NCBI GenBank assembly: GCA_000091205.1
Contig: AP006490.2
From: Cyanidioschyzon merolae
Lineage: Eukaryota
DNA: 64,000 nucleotides
Reading direction: 5' to 3' (one strand)
In this document: in pieces, positions 20,560 through 30,585 of the stretch
Numbering within the stretch: position 1 is the stretch's first letter
How the letters are laid out: each line of letters starts with the position of its first letter
Position numbers and translations under genes: made by a program
Notes under the pieces: generated by a model
What the model saw: only the letters and a program-made list of their open reading frames with translations
What the model was told of the DNA's origin: nothing
Database searches by the model: none

Positions 20560-21700
20560 TGGTTTTAGGATTGTGGGTCGTGTTGCACAAGTGGCTGCTT
20601 CGACGCTTTGCTGCTCGATTTCGTTAAGGGAATCAAGATGATTCGCGATGCTTTTGTAAACCAGATTCCTAGAATACTCGATTGCTTGATGCAATTCGTA
20701 TGTTCAAGTCTCCACTCTTGTCCTTTGCTTACATTTCGCATGATGAAATCACGCTTTTTTCAAGTTTTCCTATTTCTTTTTTCGAAGCAACTGGAGAGCG
20801 CAGCAATACTTTCCACTGGATTGACGAGGAAAACAAGTCGACGTTGTCAACGAACGACTTGTTCACGAGCTCGTGTGTCCAGTGTCTGCAGAACGATTCA
20901 CGTCCCATAATCGGTTCGGTTCGAAATACGCACCTTAGGTTCTTTGTGGCCGTCTGGGAAGCGGCATTCGACACCAGCTTGGTATATCTGTTCAGAGACA
21001 CTCCATGCGGTTCCCGCCTCTTCTTTTCACATGGAAAAGGGTATTGGACACGGACTCCAGTCACTTCAGCGATCGCTTTCCGCGGAGCGCATGTCTCTGC
21101 TTTCAAGGAAGCGAGCTTGGACAGATCGAAATTTCTCGGCCTGTTCTCTAGTCTTTAGTTCTGCTTTTATTTGTTTCATCCTGGAAAGCATTGCGTCGCA
21201 CAGATCCTCCACCGAAAGCAAGCGTATGTGCTTGCAGATGCAGCATACTCGCCAGGTGTATCGCCACAAAGACGCCCGTACCCTTGGGTACCGCACTGGG
21301 CACGTAAACGATGGATAGGTACGTCTGGACCTGTCAAGGACGTGTACCGAGCGACGGCGCTAGCCCTCTGGTGCCACACGGCATCTCCTGAAACAGAAGG
21401 CACAGTGAACTTGCGGGAACACCTGACCACATGGAAGCGTTGCTGCTACGAAAGCCGCACCGAGGCCAGATACGAACACAATGAGAATGGCGAGCGAGTC
21501 GTCATTGCAACGACCGTCGGTGCATGAAATGCGTCGACAACAACCGGGAGCAGCGATATCGAGACTTGAATGCGGCCATCAGCATCCTTCAACTACGAAA
21601 AACGGATCTGGAAGCAGAGGTGAGACGGTGTTAATGACATCGGGAGATCAGAAAGGAGCAGAGAAAGCAGTCGCGGAAAAAGTCCACAAGAACTAGTGCT
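20560..21700 (+). mobile_element. Family-II composite element, copy a. It carries degenerate coding segments (seg A, seg B) and a TnpB/Fanzor-like C-terminal remnant. It lies in the intergenic region between the Nup155-like and USP-like genes.
   Basis: Seg A 'VKGIKMIRDAFVNQIP' (~20650) is similar to 'VPGIRVIRDALEQAFV' in copy b. Seg B 'DTPCGSRLFFSHGKGYWTRT' (~21020) is similar to 'SSDFCLRCLHGEGSWTYS'. The micro-ORF ~21485-21633 is 'EWRASRHCNDRRCMKCVDNNREQRYRDLNAAISILQLRKTDLEAEVRRC'. Its composition is AT-richer than the flanking genes. Confidence 0.5.
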
Positions 21701-22819
21701 GACGCTCTGGTTACCAGACGCATCCCACTTTATGCTTGCATGGGTGCAATTACTTACAGGTTTTGCGGTAGAGTCGCTGGACAAAGCGTTGCTGGATCGA
21801 GCGAGTACGCATCGCTACGTGGAAACCCCCAGACTGCTTTTGATGAAGTGTTCAGAATTTGGTCAGGGAAATGAAGTCTTCTCTCCCAATAGAGGCAGTG
21901 TTTGCGCTTTTGTTACCTTGCAACGAGCCGCGTCTTTGCTATGTTGTGAGAAAACAGCCAAGAATGCTATGGTCCAAGACACGACGCATGCGACAGTTCT
22001 GGGTTCCACGGAGCTCGGCCCTTGAAACACGATGAAATGGACCTCAAGCTTCGACGTATACCCCGCAGTCTTTACCTGAATCAAAGTGTGTTTCAGGAAC
22101 GCCATCATTCACAGCGAATAGCCTGAAGGCAGCGCTCATGGTTTCTCGTCTTCCTCAAGTGAGAAACAGGGTGAAGAAAGCGACACCCATGGACCGTACG
22201 CCAGAATCCGTTCCCTTGCGCTGCTCTCTCTCTCTCGCGCGCCCTGCTGGTGAAGGTGTGCGCAAAGCCTCAGCCGAGTTCCGCAAAACTTTGGTAGCTG
22301 GCGGGGAACCGCGTTCTTTGGCCCTGCATACCGAGAGCGGATCTACAGCGTAACGCCATGGGAGCGTCACAAGCACCCGTCGCACTGCACTTGATCGGAT
22401 GTTGAAGCACCGGTGTGATGACCACCACCAGCAGTCTCACGGGATACAGTGCTTGAATGACTCATGATTTCCCCAGTAAGCGACTATTCGCAGTGCCCAT
22501 ACGCTCCCGTCTCTCAAGTCGTGATCCAAAAAAAGCGTCGCACCGCAGCGTGCTCGCAGACGCTCGGAAACGCCAGTGATGATACCACGTTTCTGAGACA
22601 GGTTTGCAGCACCCGGCCCTGTTGCCAACGATAAAACCGCAAGCCTCTGTTGAGGCTGCACGACCTGACGCGAATGCGCCTGGAGCAGCGCAGGAACACG
22701 CCACGAATGTGCTTGTCCCGGGCATCCTCCAGTCCAGTAATCCTGCGTCTCCTGCATGGATCCGAGGAATTCCATCAATAGGTCGATGCGAATCCCTTAT
22801 CCACCTGATTTGTTGGACT

Positions 22820-25800
22820 TTAGCGTACCCATAGACATTCGGGACGAACCTCATAGAAAAGGACGTAGGCATCCTTGCTGGTGATCCGTGCATTGGACGC
22901 GTCCGGTTCCGTGTCCTCGCAAACCGTTCTACATTCCACGGAAACTGACTCGTCATCGAACACGAACCACTCTGGATATCGACCGTGCCGCACATGTGCG
23001 ATGTAATGGCCTTGGTCGATAGATCCGATGTGACTTACGTACCCGATCAAGTCGTAGAGAATTCGTGGCCCAGAATCCTGCAGTTCGTGGTGCATACAAC
23101 GGTGCGGATGCTGTGCTGCCATCGCTTCCGAGCCAACACCGTTCCTTCGCCGCACGGACGCACTCATAAAAGGGGTCATGTCGAGCCCTCGTACCGGGAA
23201 AATAACATCGACATCGAGTTTGCTCGGCGTTACCTGGCTACCGCTACCACTCTGTTTGAAGCGCTTCAGATGGAAACAGATGACAGGTGGAAGCTGTTTC
23301 AGTGAGAGCTGCTTCGTGCGAATAGGTGGCACGTCACCAGCAGACCGGGCCTCTTCCTCACACGAACAGGATGAGGTTGCACCAATCGCATCCAGCGGCT
23401 CCTCCTGAGTAAATCGCTGCAAACAACCTGTGAGCGTATTCGGCAGCGATCGTGCCGCTGACGATGTTGTTGTCGCTGTTGCTGCTGTTGCAGCCGCACT
23501 GCCTGCATGCTCGTCTTCGGGACGAATGAGGTCCAGAGAGATGTCCAAAAACTCCTCGTAACGCTGTGAAGATGTCAAACATTTTGTACAGCAAATCTCA
23601 CTTTGAATGAGACCCGCAAAGGTTCGATGCGCCAGGCACGAACAACGCAGCGACAGTTGCGCTGCTACCGACTGCAAGGCCAACTGCTCCTCGGAAGCGC
23701 TCTCTACGAATCGCCGTTGAAGCTGGAGGCGACGTTCCCCATCGTCGAGCGTAGGCGTCCAGTGCGCATGCATGAGGTTCAGAGCCGACAGCAGGTACTC
23801 GTGAGCGTCATGCTGAGCGTACGTAGCGAGCGGCTCCATAAACTTCCAGGTAACATCGAGGAGCTTCTGCGGCACGAGCACTGGCACTTTTAACGGATAG
23901 CGCACGTATTGCGCTTTCTGGAAGTGCTCTGGCATGGGCTCTCGGTCCGTTTGTTTGTCCGATAGGAGCGCTCCCTTGGTAGCGCTGGTACTATGCGTTC
24001 GGGCAGCGCTTGATTTCTGATCGTTTGGGCGCGTTCGCTCCCGGCGCTTTCGTTTTCCAGAGCCGCGCAGCCTATCATCGGCTTCAGTAGTAACATCTGA
24101 TAGGGTATCCTTCTTTTCCAAAGCAGACATGCGCTCCGTTCCACGACGACGTCTCCCTTGGAGCGGCTTCGACTGGTTCAGAAGCGCGATTTCGTGTGGA
24201 CGTGCTGCTTCAGCAGACGGCGTTCGAGCATGTCGCGCTGCTCGTATGGATCCCGACATAGACGACGAGGACGACGACAACGACAGCGCTAACGAAGACG
24301 ACTCGGATGTGGAGGAAGATGAGGCATGCGCTGTGCCCGGCCTGCCGCTATCCACAAACTCCTTGGCAGCGCTTGAGGCACTACGAACAGACCCAGACGC
24401 GCCAGTATGCAGATTTGACAGCTGCGTCTCTCTGTCCGATAGCGCCGCTTCTGCGACAGGTCGCCAGTAGCCATGCGACTGTGCCTGGCTCAGAGACGCC
24501 AGGTACGACTGCGTCATCAGTGCATCTAATGCACAATTGAAGCAGGTCCGCTCCGGGTCCTGGCTCTGAGCCAAAGCCTCAACACGGCGCAGACAAAACG
24601 ACTGATGAAGATCTCCAAGAAAAAAGTTGCGCACCGGGCATAAACGCATGAAAACCTGGAGCACAGCAGACATGTAACAAGTGTTGCCGAGGTTGGTGAG
24701 GCCCACCACACCACCATACCGGCATCGTGCCGTTCCAGTGCACGTCGATAGTCCCGAATGCGCACAACTCGTTTCTGACGCGTCTCGGACTCGCGTCGCT
24801 ACGGAAGCATTCGCAACGTTTCCGCCGGTCGCCATCGTCTGGTGTTCCTGATCCATTCTCCGAGGCGGTAATCGCGAATCATGACGGTACGCGTGCGCCA
24901 TCGATGCCATCCAGTCATCTCGGAACTCATCATTGTCTTCGCACTCGTTGTAGGCCCAGTCGGTGAAATGTGCAATGGCGTGTTTCTCGCGCCAGCTGAG
25001 TACCCACGAAGGTTCGCTTGGCCTTGCCGCAAAGAAAAGCAGCTGGAGTTTGCGTTCTTTGCGCCACAGATCCCGATGCCGCCGTGCCAGCACGCGGTTT
25101 TGTGACTGCTGACAGGTACCTGGTAGTCGCTCTGCGATGCCGTCTGCTCGAATCGAGGCATCGACCGCGAGGCCGCCTTCCAGCGTCGAAAGCGGCACGT
25201 TCGGAAGAGCCTGCATGGACCCGCTGAACCGCAACAGCATAGAACGAGCAAGTGAACGAGCCTGTTCCCTCCAGATCGCTCCTTCGATCAACGGGTCTGG
25301 CACGACTCGATGCAATGCAACGATTTCGGCTGATCGGCTGTGAGTCACCGCTTTGGTGTCTCGATCATCGTGGGGGCCGCTGCTCACGGATGACTTTGCT
25401 TTCTTTCGTTTTGGCATTTGGGAGGCACCTGTCGATTCTAGCGTCTCCATGGTTACATGATCATCGTCGGATGCTGTATGATCTCCACCTGATCCTCGTC
25501 GACGGAGTGCCTGAATGATCGGCATTGCGTCGTAGATGGCGAACGAGCCGTCCAGGCGCATCCAGAATCGAAACACACCTCCCGAGTTCATGTTGAACTG
25601 GACAATATGTTGCGCACAAGAGATGATCACGCGATGCAGGCAAAAGTATAGATCATCATAGGGCCGACTGCACGTCACATCGAAACAGTGCAGCTGGGGT
25701 ACGGCCGGCGAGTGCCCCGGACGCCCAAAGACCGTTGACCACGTGTGCAAGAAACGCGCAATGACCCGTACCGCAGTTATTCCATTCGTTTGTCCGGGGT

Positions 25801-26122
25801 TCTTGTTACTCAAATCCAAAGCCTGGAACTTGAAAAGCTGCATAGCTCGGTCCTCATCGCGCAAGGGTTGCCGCTGCAGCAGATTCCAGAGCGCTACACA
25901 GAGCGCACTTTGCGAAGCAGTAGCAGAAGTGGTCAAGGTTTCCACTGCTGACTCTTCCGGTTCTGATACTGGCGGATACAACTCTGAGCAGTCTGCAGCG
26001 TTGAAGCGGACGGATTCAGAGTCCTTGTTCCAGACTTGCGGGCGTGCCTGGCTCGGTACCCCAGTATTCGCTGCCCGATTCGATGCCGTCGTCGGCGCCA
26101 CTGGTGTCGCCGCAGCATCCAT
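22820..26122 (-). CDS. Ubiquitin carboxyl-terminal hydrolase (USP/UBP, peptidase C19), 1100 aa.
   Basis: Cys box 'GLTNLGNTCYMSAVLQVF' and His box 'YDLIGYVSHIGSIDQGHYIAHVRHG...WFVFDDESV', with long low-complexity insertions between them. Confidence 0.85.
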   Translation of the reverse strand: MDAAATPVAPTTASNRAANTGVPSQARPQVWNKDSESVRFNAADCSELYPPVSEPEESAVETLTTSATASQSALCVALWNLLQRQPLRDEDRAMQLFKFQALDLSNKNPGQTNGITAVRVIARFLHTWSTVFGRPGHSPAVPQLHCFDVTCSRPYDDLYFCLHRVIISCAQHIVQFNMNSGGVFRFWMRLDGSFAIYDAMPIIQALRRRGSGGDHTASDDDHVTMETLESTGASQMPKRKKAKSSVSSGPHDDRDTKAVTHSRSAEIVALHRVVPDPLIEGAIWREQARSLARSMLLRFSGSMQALPNVPLSTLEGGLAVDASIRADGIAERLPGTCQQSQNRVLARRHRDLWRKERKLQLLFFAARPSEPSWVLSWREKHAIAHFTDWAYNECEDNDEFRDDWMASMAHAYRHDSRLPPRRMDQEHQTMATGGNVANASVATRVRDASETSCAHSGLSTCTGTARCRYGGVVGLTNLGNTCYMSAVLQVFMRLCPVRNFFLGDLHQSFCLRRVEALAQSQDPERTCFNCALDALMTQSYLASLSQAQSHGYWRPVAEAALSDRETQLSNLHTGASGSVRSASSAAKEFVDSGRPGTAHASSSSTSESSSLALSLSSSSSSMSGSIRAARHARTPSAEAARPHEIALLNQSKPLQGRRRRGTERMSALEKKDTLSDVTTEADDRLRGSGKRKRRERTRPNDQKSSAARTHSTSATKGALLSDKQTDREPMPEHFQKAQYVRYPLKVPVLVPQKLLDVTWKFMEPLATYAQHDAHEYLLSALNLMHAHWTPTLDDGERRLQLQRRFVESASEEQLALQSVAAQLSLRCSCLAHRTFAGLIQSEICCTKCLTSSQRYEEFLDISLDLIRPEDEHAGSAAATAATATTTSSAARSLPNTLTGCLQRFTQEEPLDAIGATSSCSCEEEARSAGDVPPIRTKQLSLKQLPPVICFHLKRFKQSGSGSQVTPSKLDVDVIFPVRGLDMTPFMSASVRRRNGVGSEAMAAQHPHRCMHHELQDSGPRILYDLIGYVSHIGSIDQGHYIAHVRHGRYPEWFVFDDESVSVECRTVCEDTEPDASNARITSKDAYVLFYEVRPECLWVR

Positions 26123-26307
26123 CCCAGAAGTGATGCTTCCCCACTTCGCTGGTTAGTTGACCCAGTACTCCAACTTTGCGCCCAACTTGTGATTCTTGGG
26201 ACGTTTCTGAGCGCCGTCACCGCACGTGTTCTGCGGCTTCGTAGCACGTGTTTTCGGCTACCGGACAAGCATTGATGCCTCTTGGCGTTCGCGCGGCAAC
26301 GGGGCGA

Positions 26308-26530
26308 TCACCAGCAGCTGTGCAGGGCTACATCCACAGATACGACTCTATGGGCTGTATAAGGTGTTGCTATCTAGCGAGATGTATGCTTTCAATGAAA
26401 TTACCAGCAGCTGTGCAGGGCTACATCCACAGATACGACTCTACGGCCTGTATAAGGTGTTGCTATCTAGCGAGATGTATGCTTTCAATGAAATTACCAG
26501 CAGCTGTGCAGGGCTACATCCACGAGTCCT
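26308..26530. repeat. 93-bp tandem repeat, ~2.4 units, ~190 bp upstream of the USP gene start.
   Basis: The unit 'accagcagctgtgcagggctacatccacagatacgactcta(t/c)gg(g/c)ctgtataaggtgttgctatctagcgagatgtatgctttcaatgaaatt' is repeated at ~26310, ~26403 and ~26496 (partial). The overlapping ORFs show a repeating 31-aa string. Confidence 0.85.
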
Positions 26531-27984
26531 TCGCAAGAGACGTGCTCCTAGCAATGGATGGGGCAGCGATACATTCCATGTCGAACGGTACAATCTGGGG
26601 TCAGTGGATACAAGCCATTGTACAGGATTACTGAAACCTGCATTGAGCCGCATTCATTAAGGCATTGAGGAGAGTTCAGAAGATCCGTTAAAGCGGTGGA
26701 GATAAACTTACCGCCAAAAGAACCTGAAAGCGCACAGCATATGGCAGTGGAAAGCGCTCTGGTGAATGCTGCAATCCTCCGAGTGGCTGAGCAGCGCCCG
26801 CATTGCTGGAGTTTTATCGAGTCAGCACCAAAGCGATGGAACTCCGGAAAGCTCCATCTACCGTATGACAAACTTCATACGTCGATGCTCAAAAATTCAA
26901 CCGTATGCGACGATCTGCACCATGCAACCCCAGCGGCTCCAGCATTAGCCGAGCATGACCATCATCCATGGTAGCTTCAGATGCTAATGGATCTCTTTCG
27001 GGTGCTGGCATATTTTAAATGCGGATCTACAGAGTGTAGCGTGACATGGCCTTGCGAGATACAGGATAGCGCGAGAGCATCTCGCCAAGTGCGCATCACA
27101 GGATGCTGGCCTGGAAACGGTACCCGCCGCGTTCGTCGACGAGACCCGTTCGATGCCTCAGTGCGTAAAGAGTCTGGCGAGCGGTTCATTCTGAGCAGCA
27201 GAAAAGGTCTTGAATTTGTGCAGCAGCAGCAGCAGCAGCGTTACCAAGAACTGCTGCAAGCGGGTCGAACGGTACACCGGTGCAACAAAGAAAGCAGGTG
27301 CGTTGCATACGGGCATTTGCCTTGCCGCGTGTACCTAGAGTCCACCACATACAACGAGCGTCATCGTCATGGATTGCCATTCGCCGACCAAAAAAAGTCG
27401 CAGATGCATCGTCCAACCATGACACTGGGACGTCTCAGACTACAGCGAGCGATGATGATGGACGCCTCTCTGTGTCCAGTCATACATTGAATCGTAATTG
27501 CCCGATAAATCACGCCGAACGGCGTGCTATGTGGCATGAATCGCGGCATGTCGTCCGCTTTTCTTGCACATGTCGTGGCGAATGGCTATTTATGATCATT
27601 TTTATCTGAACTCGGAGGAGCACGACGTATCTCGATACTGCAATCGTGTCTGTGGCCAACGCGAACGGCATCAATGGTAGATGCTCCCGCAGTGATTTTG
27701 AAACCCATCGAGGTCCTTGAAGAGTGCTGGATTCCTATGTATCATTCATAAAATTCTAATCACTGCCGCTTGTGTTCGGGTCACGACTACCAAGTTGAGC
27801 TGCGCGAGCCATTCAGCGTACTCTGACGACAGACGAAGACTCCTCTCCCGGGAGCAAAAACAAGTCTCGTTCGTTCGATCTTCAGCACTCTGCAGTGTAA
27901 CCGAATCAGCAACAGGCGCCCCGAAACGAGCGCTCTATCTGCATCGCGCCTCTACGAGCCGGACAATGCTGCTAAGACCCCGGA

Positions 27985-28737
27985 TCACTGGACGCTACAA
28001 CACGCGTCTTTGCGTTGGTCATGCGGTTCGTGTTTCGCTACCCGACGTGACTCATTCCCGGAGTCCGTCGGACGGTGCCCTGCACTCGCGTGCGGCGAAC
28101 GTTTCGGCAGCTCGGTTGCCTTCGGTCCGGCTTGGTCGCTCTTGGGCCGCTCCCGCCGCGCCTTCAGACCCGCCAGAATAGCTGCGTCAAAGACGGCCTT
28201 GAGTCCGACCTGCGTCAGGGCGGAACACTCGAGATACTGGATCGCGCCGATCTCAGTGGCTAGGCGTCGACCCATGTCCGCCGTGATTGCGGTTTCCCCT
28301 CGTGCTTCCAGCTCTTTCACCACCGGATAGCTTTCTCTTAGATCGAGTTTCGTGCCCACTAGAATGATGGGCGTCTCAGGGTTCGAGGCACGCAGATCAG
28401 GGACCCACTTCACGGCCACGTTCTCGAAACTCGCGGGCGCTACCAGCGAGAACGCCAGGATGAAAACGTCAGCGTTCCAGTACGAGAGCGCTCGCAGCCT
28501 CTTATAGTCTTCTTGACCAGCTGTATCCCACAGCTCAATAGGTACCTCTTGCCCGTTACAGAGCACCACGGCGCTATAGTTATCGAAGATTGTCGGCACG
28601 TAGTCTGTCGGGAACTGGTTGCTCGTATAGCTCATCAACATGCATGTTTTTCCAACGCTTCCATCACCTACGACCACGACTTTAATGGCAGAGTCGTCTG
28701 CATCAAACGTCTCTGGAGGAAGGTGTACTCCGTGCAT
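27985..28737 (-). CDS. Rho-family small GTPase (Rac/Cdc42/Rho-like). It has a short N-terminal extension and a long basic C-terminal tail ending in a CaaX-like 'CSVQ'.
   Basis: '[40 protein letters not shown]...[66 protein letters not shown]...[19 protein letters not shown]' matches the G1-G5 boxes and the Rho-specific regions. Confidence 0.85.
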   Translation of the reverse strand: MHGVHLPPETFDADDSAIKVVVVGDGSVGKTCMLMSYTSNQFPTDYVPTIFDNYSAVVLCNGQEVPIELWDTAGQEDYKRLRALSYWNADVFILAFSLVAPASFENVAVKWVPDLRASNPETPIILVGTKLDLRESYPVVKELEARGETAITADMGRRLATEIGAIQYLECSALTQVGLKAVFDAAILAGLKARRERPKSDQAGPKATELPKRSPHASAGHRPTDSGNESRRVAKHEPHDQRKDACCSVQ

Positions 28738-29029
28738 GGTCGCCAGCAGACAGCCGCACCAAAGTACACGGCCTCGGAATAGCGCTCACCCCCGAGTGAT
28801 AGGACTGGTGGAATTCGCGCGATTGCTCCCGCGCTCGCCGCGACATCGACGCGCGTGGACACGCCACCCGGGGGTCCAGGGACGGTCGATAGTAGCGCCT
28901 TGTCGTTTTTTTCTTATCGTTACACCGGGGTTAGGTGAGCATGGGACATTGAACAGCTCGCTCTATTTATGTGTTGAGCATGTTTCTCCCACCTTTTTAT
29001 TAGGTACACGGCGTTGACACTCGAAGTGG

Positions 29030-30240
29030 ATCAATTAGGGTGTGAGGAATCGTAGGTAGATATGGGATTCCTGGTCGTATGTTCGGAATGGCTCCGTCGA
29101 CGCTTTGCAGCTGGAACTCGCGACGTTCCTGGAATCCGGGTGATTCGCGACGCACTCGAACAAGCATTCGTAAAAAAACCGATATCATTATCAGATTCGT
29201 ATTTGCGGGCCTCTACTGTTCTGCTCTCCTTACGTATTGCATGCTGCAATTACGAATCCGCCAAGTTGTCGATCTCTGTGTGTCAAGGTAACTTGTGGGG
29301 GCAGCAGTTCGCACTGCTGATCCAACGAGACAAAGCTAGGCGTCTTGTTTGGCGGCTTGTCCACAAGCACAGATCGAACGTTCTCTGAACTTGACACATC
29401 AAGGAATCGTTATCGTTCGCAAGGCAAATCCTCCTCGCCTAGCGAACATCAACGAAACAGTATTCGACGTGGGCACGATACCTCTGAAAGGATATGTTTC
29501 GAGTGACTTCTGTCTCCGCTGTTTGCATGGAGAAGGGTCCTGGACGTATAGTTGAGTTATCGCGTGAATCGCTTCCAGTGCGGAGTCTGTCAACGCTGTG
29601 AACGCAGAAAGCGTGCAGGGTTCACAGCGTCTCGACTTGCTCTAGTACCTGAATCGTTCATCTGGGTCTTGTTTCATCATGGGAACCAACGCGTTCCACA
29701 AATCCTCTATCGAAAAGGAAGGCTTGCACTTGCATGTGCAGCACGCAGCGTACTTGCCGAGGTGATCGTCCAGAAAAAGCCCTTAATCATTGGACACGGC
29801 ATCGGGCACTGAAACGCATGAGAGCATCGAGGGTAGCCCTCTGTACCCGTCAAGGGCATATACCGAGCGATGAAGCGAGCGTACACGCTCCACTGGTCAA
29901 CGCCTGGAATAGCAGGCGGCCTTATGGGAGTATGGGGAAATCTGACGCGAATGAAGTGTCAGCACTGAGCACAGCGCACCGAGACAGTGTTTGAAAAAGA
30001 TGCAAATGGCAAGCGAGGCGTAGATCGCCATCACCGCCAGTGCATGAAATGCGTCGACAACGACAGGAAACTGCAAAATTGGGACTTGCACGCCAAAACC
30101 AATATCCTTCAACTGCTGGCAAAGGAGCTGGAGCGACCGGAGAGACCGGCATTTTGAACGCCAGAGATAAGCGTGTTGGGAATGAAGCAATGGCAGGAAA
30201 AATCCGCAATTCCTGTCGTTGATGACAATATGGCGAAATC
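29030..30240 (+). mobile_element. Family-II composite element, copy b. It has seg A, seg B and the TnpB/Fanzor-like C-terminal remnant, and lies between the Rho GTPase gene and the next plus-strand gene.
   Basis: Seg A 'FLVVCSEWLRRRFAAGTRDVPGIRVIRDALEQAFVKKPISL' (~29062-29200). Seg B 'GTIPLKGYVSSDFCLRCLHGEGSWTYS' (~29470-29555). Remnant ORF ~29969-30157 '...NGKRGVDRHHRQCMKCVDNDRKLQNWDLHAKTNILQLLAKELERPERPAF'. Nucleotide similarity to copy a extends over ~1.1 kb. Confidence 0.5.
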
Positions 30241-30585
30241 CAGACGGTAACGTCTACGCCTAGTTTGGCTCAGTGGGTCTGTTCCATTTTATTCTGACCT
30301 GGGTAGTGTAGTCCATCGTTGTTTCATAGGCCGCATGGGCAAAGCGTCACCTCATGCGGCTCGCCATGCGTTTCTCGTTCGACTGGCGCTTGAATCTCGC
30401 ACCAACATCAAACGTCCAGAAATTGTATGGTGCGCTCAATTTCCTACCATCTCAGACTTGAGTTCACTTCGAACATAATCAAACGCTGAAGCAGCACTGA
30501 AGCTGAATCCTCTATTCTCGGAGCTTTTCACTATGCTAAACTGACTTGGGACCCGTCGGCAAAGTTTTGAAATAGTAGCGACAGC

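Noticed and set aside
30360-30400. 'cgttcgact' downstream of family-II copy b, resembling the family-I 3' block core 'gtcgttcgact'.
   Set aside because: It is only a 9-mer match with no flanking similarity, most likely coincidence.
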